A stretch of DNA of 49,001 bases from an uncultured Pseudomonadales bacterium (lineage in GTDB: Bacteria > Patescibacteriota > Microgenomatia > UBA1400 > PJMF01). Location of the stretch: NCBI GenBank assembly GCA_964611955.1, contig CAZTBN010000001.1, forward strand, positions 24,858 through 73,858, written 5' to 3'. Position numbers and translations under genes: made by a program. The notes beneath the pieces were generated by a model. That model had not been told where the DNA came from and made no database searches. It saw nothing but the letters and a program-made list of their open reading frames with translations. How positions within the stretch are numbered: the stretch's first letter is position 1; each line of letters starts with the position of its first letter. Shown piece by piece: positions 18,685 to 27,839 of this stretch.

Positions 18685-20231
18685 ACAAATTCTTAGCTTT
18701 AGTTTTAATTATCGTGATTGCAACTGTTTTAAGAGTTTATCAACTGGGTGCTAATCCCACTATTCTAAATCGAGATGAAGCTGCTATTGCTTATAATGCT
18801 TTGTTATTAAAATACTCAGGCCAGGATGAATGGCGACAATCCTGGCCCATAGCTTTTAAGTCTTTTGGTGATTACAAATTGCCTGGATACATCTACACCC
18901 TTTTACCATTTTTATTGATTCAGGAAAATGAGTTTATGGTTAGACTGCCCGCTGCTATAGCAGGAATTTTAATCGTCTTGATTACCTATAAAATTGGTCT
19001 TAGTTTGTTTGAAAAAAAATACGCATTACTGTTAAGTCTAGTGATTGCTTTGTCTCCATTTGCTATTTTTTATTCTAGAATGGCTTGGGAAGCCAACTTG
19101 GGCTTAATGTGGTCATTATTAAGTTTATACTTATTATTTTTTCATCAGCCTGGAAAAACTAAATTTAAGCTACATTCAGATATCATGGCTGTTTTAGCTG
19201 TAATTTTAGCAATAGTAACTTACAACACGCCTTTGATTTATTTGCCGATAGTAATTTTATTAGTGATCCTAACTAGAGTTAAATTATCTTATAAAGAGTT
19301 TCTCCCTTTAACAATTATTTTGAGCGGTATTTTGATATTTTTTTTAATTGCTTTTAATAATCTCAACTCTCAAAAAACTGGCATTATTATTTTTACTGAT
19401 CCGACAGTATGGCAACAGTATGTTGAGTACAGAAATAGCTTATCAAGCGCCTTAGTCCCTCTCTTTGGTAATAAATATGTTTATTGGTTAAAAATAATGA
19501 TAAATAATGTCATTAAAACTTTGTCCTATAAATTTTTAGTTTCAGCTGGAGGCTCACATCCTTGGCATCAAGTTCCAGGTTTTGGTCATTTATATAGCAG
19601 TATTTATTTTTTAGGCTTAGGCGGTATCTGTTTGAGCATTATCGATTTGATCAAAACAGCTAAAAAAGGGATTGAGCAAATTTTAACTGATAAAAAATTC
19701 AGTTTATTATTGCTGTTGGGTGCTGGCTTAATACCGTCGATCATAACCACTGATTCACCCCATGCCACAAGAAGTTTATTGTTTTTGGTTATTTTTACTG
19801 TCTTTTCAGTAATAGCATTAAAAAAAATAAATTATTTTATAAAAAAAGAAACTCTTGGAATTGCTCTTTTTTCATTAGTATTAGTTTTCCAAGCAGCGAT
19901 TTATCTTCATGCTTATTTTGTCAACTATCCTCAGCAACAATCGATCTTAAAACCTGGCTATGATCAAGCTATAATGAAACTGAACCATGCTACTAATCAA
20001 CCTGTTGTGGTGCAAGCTGACGGTTATCAATATATAGTCACCGCCTGGTATTTAAACATTAGACCAACTGATTTTTTTGAAACTGTACAAAGACAAGAAC
20101 CTGATACGGCTGGTTTATATTATGGTCGCAAGTTGATGAACTATGAGTTTGTGTCATCATTAGATAACTTGCCTGAAAATAGTATAATTCTATATTGGCA
20201 TTCACAAACTAACAGTTGGAATTACAAATAA
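18681..20231 (+). CDS. ArnT/PMT-like GT-C membrane glycosyltransferase (paralog 4)
   Basis: ILNRDEAAIAYNAL, FKSFGDYKLPGYIY, FYSRMAWEAN, TYNTPLIY, SPHATRSLL. ATGA start/stop overlap with the upstream paralog. Confidence 0.8.
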   Translation: MNKFLALVLIIVIATVLRVYQLGANPTILNRDEAAIAYNALLLKYSGQDEWRQSWPIAFKSFGDYKLPGYIYTLLPFLLIQENEFMVRLPAAIAGILIVLITYKIGLSLFEKKYALLLSLVIALSPFAIFYSRMAWEANLGLMWSLLSLYLLFFHQPGKTKFKLHSDIMAVLAVILAIVTYNTPLIYLPIVILLVILTRVKLSYKEFLPLTIILSGILIFFLIAFNNLNSQKTGIIIFTDPTVWQQYVEYRNSLSSALVPLFGNKYVYWLKIMINNVIKTLSYKFLVSAGGSHPWHQVPGFGHLYSSIYFLGLGGICLSIIDLIKTAKKGIEQILTDKKFSLLLLLGAGLIPSIITTDSPHATRSLLFLVIFTVFSVIALKKINYFIKKETLGIALFSLVLVFQAAIYLHAYFVNYPQQQSILKPGYDQAIMKLNHATNQPVVVQADGYQYIVTAWYLNIRPTDFFETVQRQEPDTAGLYYGRKLMNYEFVSSLDNLPENSIILYWHSQTNSWNYK

Positions 20232-20241
20232 TTTATTACTT

Positions 20242-21012
20242 ATGATTTCAGTAGTTTTAGCAACTCATAACGAGGAAAAAAATTTAGCCAGAGCTCTTGA
20301 TTCAATTAAACAGTTTGCTAACGAAATAGTAATTGTTGATGGTAATTCTACTGACAACACAGTTAAGATTGCTCAATCCTATCAAGCAGTGGTGCTTCAA
20401 ACTACCAACAAACCAATATTTCACATTAATAAACAACTAGCAATTGATCAAGCTAAAAATAACTTAATTTTGCAGCTAGATGCTGATGAAACTGTTGATC
20501 AAGAATTAGCAAAATTTATTATTGATTTAGACCAAAACTTAATGGTTCAGCCTTCAGCTGTTATAGATAGTGCTTGGTGGATTAGAAGAAAGAATAATTT
20601 TTTAGGACATTGGCTAAAAAAAGGTGGTCAATACCCAGACCCTGTGATCAGATTATTTATCAAAAATAAAGCCTTTTTACCTCAAAAAAGTGTGCATGAG
20701 CAAATGACCGTCAAGGGCAGTATCGGTTGGGCAACAGGACATCTCTGCCATTATTCCAATCCTACCTTAGCTGATTATTGGCGCAAATTACAAGCCTATA
20801 CTGCTCTGGAGGCTGATAAATTTTCTAAAACTAAGTTGACTGTGCCATTGGCTTTATACTACTTATTTATTAAACCAATTATCACTTTTTTAACTCTCTT
20901 TTTTAGACATAAGGGTTTTATAGATGGTATTTATGGATTCTTATTTGCTTTTTTAAGTGCTCTTCATTTTCCTATTATTATTTACAAAGTTATTAAACAA
21001 AAATTTTCATGA
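20242..21012 (+). CDS. family 2 glycosyltransferase, LgtF/WaaE-like subclass with a hydrophobic C-terminal tail
   Basis: ISVVLATHNEEKNL, IVIVDGNSTDNTVKIAQSY, QLDADE, RHKGFIDGIYGF. The C-terminus has two hydrophobic segments. Confidence 0.8.
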   Translation: MISVVLATHNEEKNLARALDSIKQFANEIVIVDGNSTDNTVKIAQSYQAVVLQTTNKPIFHINKQLAIDQAKNNLILQLDADETVDQELAKFIIDLDQNLMVQPSAVIDSAWWIRRKNNFLGHWLKKGGQYPDPVIRLFIKNKAFLPQKSVHEQMTVKGSIGWATGHLCHYSNPTLADYWRKLQAYTALEADKFSKTKLTVPLALYYLFIKPIITFLTLFFRHKGFIDGIYGFLFAFLSALHFPIIIYKVIKQKFS

Positions 21013-22070
21013 ATAAAAATAAAAAAAATCAGCAAACCATTAATGTCTGGTTAGATGCAGCTCCATTGTCTAACGATAATAAAGATAGGGGTGTAGGAAT
21101 GTATACTCGCTGTTTAATAAATGAACTGGAAAAAATTCCCAATCTCACTTTAGAAAAAAAATATCACAGATCAACAACTAATATTATTCACTATCCTTAT
21201 TTTGATTTATTTTTTCCTACCTTACCTATTCTTAAAAAAACTAATACTGTAGTGACCATTCACGACGTCATTCCCTTATTGTTTCCAGAGAAATACCCAG
21301 TGGGTATAAAAGGAAACCTAGCTCTGCACAAACAAAAACTTTCGCTTTCAACTGTTAAAGCTGTGATTACTGATTCTTGGTCCTCAAAAAAAGATATAGG
21401 TAAATTTTTAGGCGTGAATAATAATAAAATTCATGTTGTTCATTTAGCCCCAAACCCAGATATTAAAAAATTCCCTGCTAATCTGATAAAAAAAGTGATT
21501 GAAAAATATCATTTACCGAAAAATTATGTTTTATATGTGGGTGATATTAATTACAACAAAAATTTGCCAGCATTGATTAAAGCCATTAAATATTTGCCCG
21601 AACAAATTTCCTTAGTCTTGGTAGGTAAAAATTTTAAACAGCAAGATATTCCTGAATGGCACTGGATAGCGACCCAAATGAGCATGAGTAATGTAGCTGA
21701 TAGAATCACCTTTATTGACTCAATCAATAATAAATCTAATCTAGATTTAAGTGCGATCTATAGTGGGGCGATCTGCTATGTTCAGCCATCTTTTTATGAA
21801 GGATTTGGCCTGCCAGTCTTGGAGGCCATGAGAGCCTTAACTCCAGTGGTCACAGGCGATAACTCTTCACTTAAAGAAGTTGGTTCTAATAAAGTTTTAT
21901 ATACAGAACTGGATGCAGAAAACATTGCCCAGGCTATTCAACAAGTCATATCCTGGCCAGATGAAAAAAGAGCAGAGGTTATTTCCCAGGCTTTAGCATG
22001 GTCTCAAACTTTTAGTTGGCAAAAAACCGCTTTAGAAACTGCTGAAGTTTACCAAAAAATTTTATCTTAG
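21009..22070 (+). CDS. family 4 (GT-B) glycosyltransferase
   Basis: VVTIHDVIP and the C-terminal YEGFGLPVLEAMRALTPVVTGDNSSLKEVG (E-x7-E). ATGA overlap with the upstream GT2. Confidence 0.85.
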   Translation: MNKNKKNQQTINVWLDAAPLSNDNKDRGVGMYTRCLINELEKIPNLTLEKKYHRSTTNIIHYPYFDLFFPTLPILKKTNTVVTIHDVIPLLFPEKYPVGIKGNLALHKQKLSLSTVKAVITDSWSSKKDIGKFLGVNNNKIHVVHLAPNPDIKKFPANLIKKVIEKYHLPKNYVLYVGDINYNKNLPALIKAIKYLPEQISLVLVGKNFKQQDIPEWHWIATQMSMSNVADRITFIDSINNKSNLDLSAIYSGAICYVQPSFYEGFGLPVLEAMRALTPVVTGDNSSLKEVGSNKVLYTELDAENIAQAIQQVISWPDEKRAEVISQALAWSQTFSWQKTALETAEVYQKILS

Positions 22071-22081
22071 CTTGCCCTATT

Positions 22082-23761
22082 ATGGTAAAAAAAACATTTA
22101 CTCAGCTCAATTTTGGGTCACAACTGTTTTTTGGTATCTTGCTTCTTTTAGGTTTTGTTTTTTTATTCAAGATTTATCTTAATACTGGTTTACCCTCAAC
22201 TCATGATGGTAATAACCATCTAATCAGGTTTGCTAACTACAAGCTAGCATTAAAAGAACTTCAATTTCCTCCGCGCTGGGCACCTAATTTATTAAATCAT
22301 TATGGGTATCCTGTTTTCAATTTTAATTATCCCTTGGCGAATATTTTATCTATTCCATTTAGCATTTTTAAAATCAGTTACGAACTAACTTTTAAGATCA
22401 TTACCCTAGCTAGTTTTATTTTTGGATTAATCGGTTTAAGAAACTGGCTACGCTTATTAAAAGTTAAAAATAACATAATTTATTTAGCCTTAACCAGCTA
22501 CTTAATTAATCCTTATGTGATAAATTTACTCTATTTCAGAGGCAATATTGGTGAAATTATGGCACTCAATCTATTCATTTGGTTAATGTACCTCACAGAG
22601 TTAATCAAGCATCAGCATAATTTTCATCATCAACATAACTTGTGGTTGGGGATCTGTCTATTTTCTCTTTTTTTAATATCGCATAACGTTACCGTACTTT
22701 TTGGGATTCCCATTATTTTTAGTTATGGCTTAGCTAAAAAACTTAGCGTGAGACAATTCCTGACTTTAAGCAAATATTTAATATTTGGTATTGGCTTTTC
22801 GCTCTGGTTTTGGTTGCCTGCTTTGCTGGAAAAAAATCAAACTATTCTCAATAATGCTGATCTATCTCTATTGTATTTACAATATTTTCCTACTTTTAAT
22901 CAATTAATAAATTCTCCACTATCTTTTGGTTTCAGTTATGCTTCTCCAGTAGATGGCTTATCAGCATCAATAGGAAGCTTATTAGTTGTTGTACTTGTTT
23001 TATTTTTTATTAATCTCTTGGCAAACCTAATTACAAAGCACAAAATAAAAATTTCTCAACAGCTGACTGTAATATTGGGAATGATTTTTGTTTTTACTTT
23101 GCTTCAGCTCAAGATGACAGCTGCAATTTGGCAACTCATTCCTCTGGCTAACTTTATTCAATTTCCCTGGCGTTTATCTTTATTTATTGCTGCCCTTTTT
23201 CCTGTGGCTTTCTCTTTAATAGTGCCAAAAAATCAATTAATTTTGAGAGCCAGTATCGTTATTATTATCTGGCAGTTAATTATTTTAAGTAAGTTACAAC
23301 CTATTAGCTACTCTACAGCCAGTAATGAAGTTTATGATACATCAATCGAAACAACATCCACTATTAGTGAAAATATGAGTAAAACTTTTACTTATGATTA
23401 TTTTCAAAACAATGAACTTAATCTAGACATTATAGAGGGCCAAGGCAAAGTTCTAATCAATAATTGGCAAGGATCAAGAAGAAAGTATGATTTATTTCTG
23501 ACACAAAAATCTTTAATTGTTGAACCAACCATGAATTTTTCCGGCTGGGAAACATACGCCAATCAGCAAAAAATTACTTATACTGATTCTAAAATTATTG
23601 GTGGCAGAATTGCCTATTGGCTGGATAAAGGTGATTATCATATAGAAACTAGATTTACGCAAAATACTTGGCCCAGAAAAATTGGTAATACTGTTTTTAT
23701 CATCACCGCTTTTATCACTAGTTATTTTATAATTAAGCAATGGCCTCACAAAAACTTTTAA
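22082..23761 (+). CDS. polytopic membrane protein, GT-C-like (COG5617 / PTPS-related type), paralog of 4031-5803
   Basis: THDGNNHLIRFANYKLALKELQFPPRW, HYGYPVFNFNYPL, ISHNVTVLFG and FIQFPWRLS align block-for-block with 4031-5803. It carries a His-rich loop KHQHNFHHQHN (22607-22639). Confidence 0.6.
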   Translation: MVKKTFTQLNFGSQLFFGILLLLGFVFLFKIYLNTGLPSTHDGNNHLIRFANYKLALKELQFPPRWAPNLLNHYGYPVFNFNYPLANILSIPFSIFKISYELTFKIITLASFIFGLIGLRNWLRLLKVKNNIIYLALTSYLINPYVINLLYFRGNIGEIMALNLFIWLMYLTELIKHQHNFHHQHNLWLGICLFSLFLISHNVTVLFGIPIIFSYGLAKKLSVRQFLTLSKYLIFGIGFSLWFWLPALLEKNQTILNNADLSLLYLQYFPTFNQLINSPLSFGFSYASPVDGLSASIGSLLVVVLVLFFINLLANLITKHKIKISQQLTVILGMIFVFTLLQLKMTAAIWQLIPLANFIQFPWRLSLFIAALFPVAFSLIVPKNQLILRASIVIIIWQLIILSKLQPISYSTASNEVYDTSIETTSTISENMSKTFTYDYFQNNELNLDIIEGQGKVLINNWQGSRRKYDLFLTQKSLIVEPTMNFSGWETYANQQKITYTDSKIIGGRIAYWLDKGDYHIETRFTQNTWPRKIGNTVFIITAFITSYFIIKQWPHKNF

Positions 23762-24900
23762 TCAAACTTATTATTTATTGGCTGTGCTGGAGATTATTTT
23801 TATCTTTATTAATCTTAGTTGCTCCTTACGTACTCAACTATCTACCTAGTTTCCCTTATTCTCAGTTATTAATTGAGTCCAACCTGTCAAAACAAGTTTA
23901 TTCCTGGGCTAATTTTGATGGTGTTCATTATTTAAATATTGCTGAAAACGGTTATTTAAAAACTGGATTGATTCAAGCATTTTTTCCAGTCTATCCATTT
24001 TTAATCAATTTTGTTTCTCAAACAGGTTTGCATGTCATTGAAAGCGGCTTAATCATTAGCAATATAAGTTTACTGGGTGTTCTATTTTTGGGTTATCAGC
24101 TAACTAAAAAATGGTTTAATAATGACACTGCCAATCAATTTTTATTAGTATTATTGCTATTTCCTACCTCTTTTTATTTTGGAGCAGTTTATACTGAATC
24201 CTTATTTTTATTATTAGTTTTAGCTGGTATTTGGTACTACGAACAACAAAAAAACCTGTTTTCAGGCCTTTTAATGGGCTTGTCATCTGGAGTGAGGTTA
24301 GTGGGAGTGGCTCTAATACCCTCATTTTTACTCAAGTGGATGAAAAAGTCACAACTTCAACCAATGGCTTTTAAAAAAATAATTAGCAAGAATTGGCAAT
24401 TTTTAATTGGATTGAGCATTGGCTCGTTGGTTTTTGTGAGCTATATGTATTTTTTATATCTCAAATTCAATGATCCATTATATTTTGCTACAGTGCAATC
24501 TTCGTTTGGAGCCGGTCGCGAACTTGGTTTTATTTCGTTACCGCGAGTTTTTTTCCGTTCGCTTAAAATTTTACTCACAGCCCGTCCTTTTAATTTAAAA
24601 TATTTTAGTTATGCGCAAGATTTTTTAATTTCAATAGTAGTTGGACTAGGAATTATATTTTCGTTTAAAAAGATAAAATTACAATACGTTATTTTTTCTA
24701 TTTTTGCTTATCTACTGCCAACTTTAACCGGCACTCTTTCTAGTATGCCTAGATATGTTTTGATCATCTTCCCAGTAATAATCTGGTGGTCTGATTACTT
24801 AACCCATCATCCCAGGTTAAAACTAATTTATTATCCCATCTCCATCAGTTTATTAATTATCAATACTATTCTCTTTATTCAAGGTTACTGGGTAGCCTGA
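23740..24900 (+). CDS. PIG-V-like membrane mannosyltransferase (GT-C fold)
   Basis: YSWANFDGVHYLNIAENGY...AFFPVYPFLI matches the W-x-DG/S-x-x-Y-x-x-IA-x-x-GY / FFPlyP signature of bacterial PIG-V family proteins. About 9-10 TM helices. The ATG overlaps the upstream gene by 22 nt. Confidence 0.6.
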   Translation: MASQKLLIKLIIYWLCWRLFLSLLILVAPYVLNYLPSFPYSQLLIESNLSKQVYSWANFDGVHYLNIAENGYLKTGLIQAFFPVYPFLINFVSQTGLHVIESGLIISNISLLGVLFLGYQLTKKWFNNDTANQFLLVLLLFPTSFYFGAVYTESLFLLLVLAGIWYYEQQKNLFSGLLMGLSSGVRLVGVALIPSFLLKWMKKSQLQPMAFKKIISKNWQFLIGLSIGSLVFVSYMYFLYLKFNDPLYFATVQSSFGAGRELGFISLPRVFFRSLKILLTARPFNLKYFSYAQDFLISIVVGLGIIFSFKKIKLQYVIFSIFAYLLPTLTGTLSSMPRYVLIIFPVIIWWSDYLTHHPRLKLIYYPISISLLIINTILFIQGYWVA

Positions 24901-24925
24901 TATAATTAGCTGTGAAAGGCATATT

Positions 24926-25849
24926 ATGAAAATTCTTATTACTGGCGGTGCTGGTTTTATCGCTTCTCATGTTGCTGATTTATTAATCACCAATGGTCAT
25001 GAGGTGGCAATCTTAGATAATTTATCAACTGGGAAAAAAGAGTTTATTAATCCCAATGCTCAATTTTATCAAGCTGATATTACTGATAAAAACAGAATTG
25101 AAGATATTTTGGCTGAGTTTAAACCAGAATTAATTAATCACCACGCTGCTCATATTCAAGTGGGACACTCGGTAGAAGATCCGCAGTTTGATGCCCAAAA
25201 TAATATCATTGGTTTATTAAATCTGATGCAGTCAGCAGTTAAGTATGGTGTGAGCAAGGTAATTATGGCTTCAACTGGTGGTGCTATGTACGGTAATAAA
25301 CAAACACCTTTCTCAGAAAGTATGAAAGAGGAACCTCTATCACCTTATGGTGTTTCTAAAAGAGCAGGGGAGTTATATTTAAATTATTATCACGAGCAAT
25401 ATGGCATCAATTACATTGCCTTGCGTTACGCTAATGTTTATGGCCCGAGACAAAATCCACATGGAGAATCAGGTGTCGTGGCTATTTTTTCTGAGATGCT
25501 AGCTCAAAACCAACAACCTGTAATTAATGGTGATGGTACTCATACTCGAGATTATGTGTATGTGAAAGATGTAGCCCAAGCCAACCTAATGGCTATTGAT
25601 AGCGATTTTATTGGAGCAATCAATATTGGTACTGCTACTGAAATCTCCACTAATGAGGTATTTGATAAAGTTGTGAAGGAGTTTGGCCTTAAAATCGCAA
25701 AAAAATACGGTCCAGCTCGACCTGGAGAACAAGTGACTAGCTCACTAGATTATTCATTAGCCAAGAAAATTTTAAACTGGGAGCCTACTATCAATTTTGA
25801 TATAGGAGTGAAACAAGTTGTGCAGTGGTATCAAAATAAAAAAGTTTAA
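24926..25849 (+). CDS. galE: UDP-glucose 4-epimerase-like NAD-dependent epimerase
   Basis: ILITGGAGFIASHV, ASTGGAMYG, SPYGVSKRAGE (YxxxK), LRYANVYGPRQ, DGTHTRDYVYVKDVA. An SD-like GAAAGG lies at 24914-24919. Confidence 0.8.
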   Translation: MKILITGGAGFIASHVADLLITNGHEVAILDNLSTGKKEFINPNAQFYQADITDKNRIEDILAEFKPELINHHAAHIQVGHSVEDPQFDAQNNIIGLLNLMQSAVKYGVSKVIMASTGGAMYGNKQTPFSESMKEEPLSPYGVSKRAGELYLNYYHEQYGINYIALRYANVYGPRQNPHGESGVVAIFSEMLAQNQQPVINGDGTHTRDYVYVKDVAQANLMAIDSDFIGAINIGTATEISTNEVFDKVVKEFGLKIAKKYGPARPGEQVTSSLDYSLAKKILNWEPTINFDIGVKQVVQWYQNKKV

Positions 25850-25984
25850 TAAATGAAAATAATCTTACTCATTATTGCTTTAATTTCAGTGATTAGAGCT
25901 AGGTTAAAAAAACAATAATCTAACCTTTTTCACTACTTTTTCCTATCCAGTTCAGCTTTGATCTTCGCTATAATATTCTTAATT

Positions 25985-27325
25985 ATGATCTTTGCAAAAC
26001 CTCAATCTCTTAATCATTATAAAGATTTAGCACTTGCTTCAACTGGATTGAAACAATCTCTGATCAACATCTTTGGTTCTAGCCTAGCTAGTGGTTTTGC
26101 TGCCTTATCCTTAATCATTATTTCTCGTTATTTAGGTCCAATTTATTTTGGACAGTTTAGTACTGCCTTTGCTTTATTATTAATCTTAGTCCGTTTTAAT
26201 GATCTAGGTTTAAGCATTGCTACAAGCAAACTGGTGCCTGCCACTCAAGATCAGACCATTCAGCAAACCCTACTCGGTCTTATTTTTCGTTATCGCTTAG
26301 CTTTATCTGGCATTATTATTGTCGCTGGTTTTATTTTTAGTCAATTTTTGCCTAGTTTTTTATTAACCGATAACAGTTCTTTGATTTTGTTGGCTTTTTT
26401 ATTAAGTATTGCCATTTCTTTTTTTGAGCACACTCAATTTTCTCTTCAAGCTTTACACCAATTTAAACTAGCAGCCATTTTAAATGGTTCTCAAGGAATC
26501 TTAAAATTACTTTTATCTTTACCATTTATTTTCTTAATTTTGCAAAGTTCATTTTCTTTAAGTTCAGCTGTGATTCTGATTTTTATTTTTTATATGATTG
26601 CTCCAGCTATTCCAACTTTAATCATCAAATTAATTAATCCTGCTCGCTTACCTTTATCAATCAACCTTCCGCAGTCTGAGGCTGTGCCAAGTTTGAATAA
26701 AAAAATTTGGCAAATTACAAAACATGCTGGTTTAGGCATTGTGGCTGCTGGCATTATTGAAAATATTGATATTCTTTTTGTCCAAGCTTACTTAACTAAT
26801 TATGAAGCTGGTTTATTAGCTGGAGTTTCCCGAATTGCGTTATTACTTTATGTGCTCGCTTATGCTTTAGGCAATGTACTGAATCCCAGAGTGGCTCGCT
26901 ACGTTAATATTGAAAATCTTAAAAAGTTTTGGAATAAGGCTTGGCTGATTGTGGCATTTTCTATAGTCGGATTTGTGTTAAGCATGATCCTAGCTGAGCC
27001 TTTAATTATGTATTCCATTGGAGTTGAATATTTGCCCGCGCTAGGATTAATGAGAATATTATTAGCAGCTGGTTTTGTAACTATTGCCGGAATGCCTTTT
27101 ATTGCAATGTTTTATAGCTTTAATTTACCTTGGTACTTTTCGGTTTCTGGAGTTGTGCAACTAATAATTATTTTAGTGGGTAATGGCTTACTCATACCGG
27201 AATATGGAGTCAATGCCTCAGCATGGACAAGATTAGTAGCTAGAGTAGTCCTGCTAGTGATGACCATTGTGCTGGCTCGCTATCACTTGAACAAACAATT
27301 GCTTGCCACTGATCAAAAAAACTAG
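25985..27325 (+). CDS. second Wzx-like flippase (MOP superfamily)
   Basis: Multi-TM protein with polysaccharide-biosynthesis-protein layout (SRYLGPIYFGQFSTAFALLLILVRFNDLGL). The track start at 25958 is TTG. I prefer the ATG at 25985 because a TATAAT hexamer (25969-25974) lies inside the TTG-extended version. Confidence 0.7.
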   Translation: MIFAKPQSLNHYKDLALASTGLKQSLINIFGSSLASGFAALSLIIISRYLGPIYFGQFSTAFALLLILVRFNDLGLSIATSKLVPATQDQTIQQTLLGLIFRYRLALSGIIIVAGFIFSQFLPSFLLTDNSSLILLAFLLSIAISFFEHTQFSLQALHQFKLAAILNGSQGILKLLLSLPFIFLILQSSFSLSSAVILIFIFYMIAPAIPTLIIKLINPARLPLSINLPQSEAVPSLNKKIWQITKHAGLGIVAAGIIENIDILFVQAYLTNYEAGLLAGVSRIALLLYVLAYALGNVLNPRVARYVNIENLKKFWNKAWLIVAFSIVGFVLSMILAEPLIMYSIGVEYLPALGLMRILLAAGFVTIAGMPFIAMFYSFNLPWYFSVSGVVQLIIILVGNGLLIPEYGVNASAWTRLVARVVLLVMTIVLARYHLNKQLLATDQKN

Positions 27326-27346
27326 TTTCATTTTTCTTTTCTCAAC

Positions 27347-27380
27347 AAAAAAGCGAGCAATCTTCATTACTCGCTTTTAT
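27347..27380. terminator. bidirectional rho-independent terminator between convergent genes
   Basis: Hairpin AGCGAG-c-AA / loop tcttca / TT-a-CTCGCT (27352-27375). It is flanked by an A6 run (27347-27352) and TTT (27376-27378). On the minus strand the stem is followed by TTTTTT, so it is strongest for the 27405-27743 gene. Confidence 0.55.
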
Positions 27381-27404
27381 CTCAACGTCAAGTTTTAAAA
27401 AAAA

Positions 27405-27743
27405 TTATTTGATCTTAGTTTCTAGCTGTTGTGCCCATTCTCCCACTACTGGCAACATAAATTTTTCTCCTTGATAAGCTTTCACCATTAACACTATCCA
27501 AAGAATGAAAGTGAGTGGAGCTAAAATAACAGAAACTATAGTACCCAAAAATGGAATCAAAGAAATAATCATTAATCCTCCAAATACTACCACACTTTGA
27601 GCAGCATGGAACCTAACTAGCTTATCTTCTTTTTCAATTAACAAGAAGATTAAACCAGTAATCCAACCAGCTAAATAAGTAAGTAAGACTTTTAGGTTGC
27701 CATCGACCTTAATTGTTGTGGGAGTAGTTTGTTTTTCTGTCAT
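27405..27743 (-). CDS. small membrane protein, DUF4870-like
   Basis: 112 aa with three hydrophobic helices and the motif EKEDKLVRFHAAQSVVVFG, which resembles the H-x-x-QS signature of DUF4870 proteins. The family assignment is from memory only. Confidence 0.5.
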   Translation of the reverse strand: MTEKQTTPTTIKVDGNLKVLLTYLAGWITGLIFLLIEKEDKLVRFHAAQSVVVFGGLMIISLIPFLGTIVSVILAPLTFILWIVLMVKAYQGEKFMLPVVGEWAQQLETKIK

Positions 27744-27749
27744 GATTTA

Positions 27750-27777
27750 ATCATATCTAACCACCAATAACTGTCAA
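27750..27777 (-). promoter_or_regulatory. near-consensus sigma-70-type promoter, predicted leaderless transcript for 27405-27743
   Basis: The minus strand reads TTGACA-N16-TATGAT-taaatc-ATG. -35 at 27777-27772, -10 at 27755-27750, and only 6 nt between the -10 and the ATG (27743). Confidence 0.45.
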
Positions 27778-27839
27778 GCAGGAATTGAAATGGAATCAAG
27801 CCTTATATAGGTAAAACTGAATTAACTGAAAACTATTTT

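Noticed and set aside
21021-21028. Homopolymer tracts near 5' ends of surface-glycan genes as phase-variation switches: A8 at 21021-21028 in the GT4 gene, A9 at 47038-47046 in the DUF4012 gene, T9 at 43005-43013
   Set aside because: The tracts are at most 9 nt long and encode Lys-rich or Phe-rich stretches, which are expected in a very AT-rich genome. Without population-level length variation there is no evidence of slipped-strand switching.
23513-23749. 78-aa minus-strand ORF at the 3' end of 22082-23761
   Set aside because: It is antisense to the membrane-protein gene. It has no start context or motif support.
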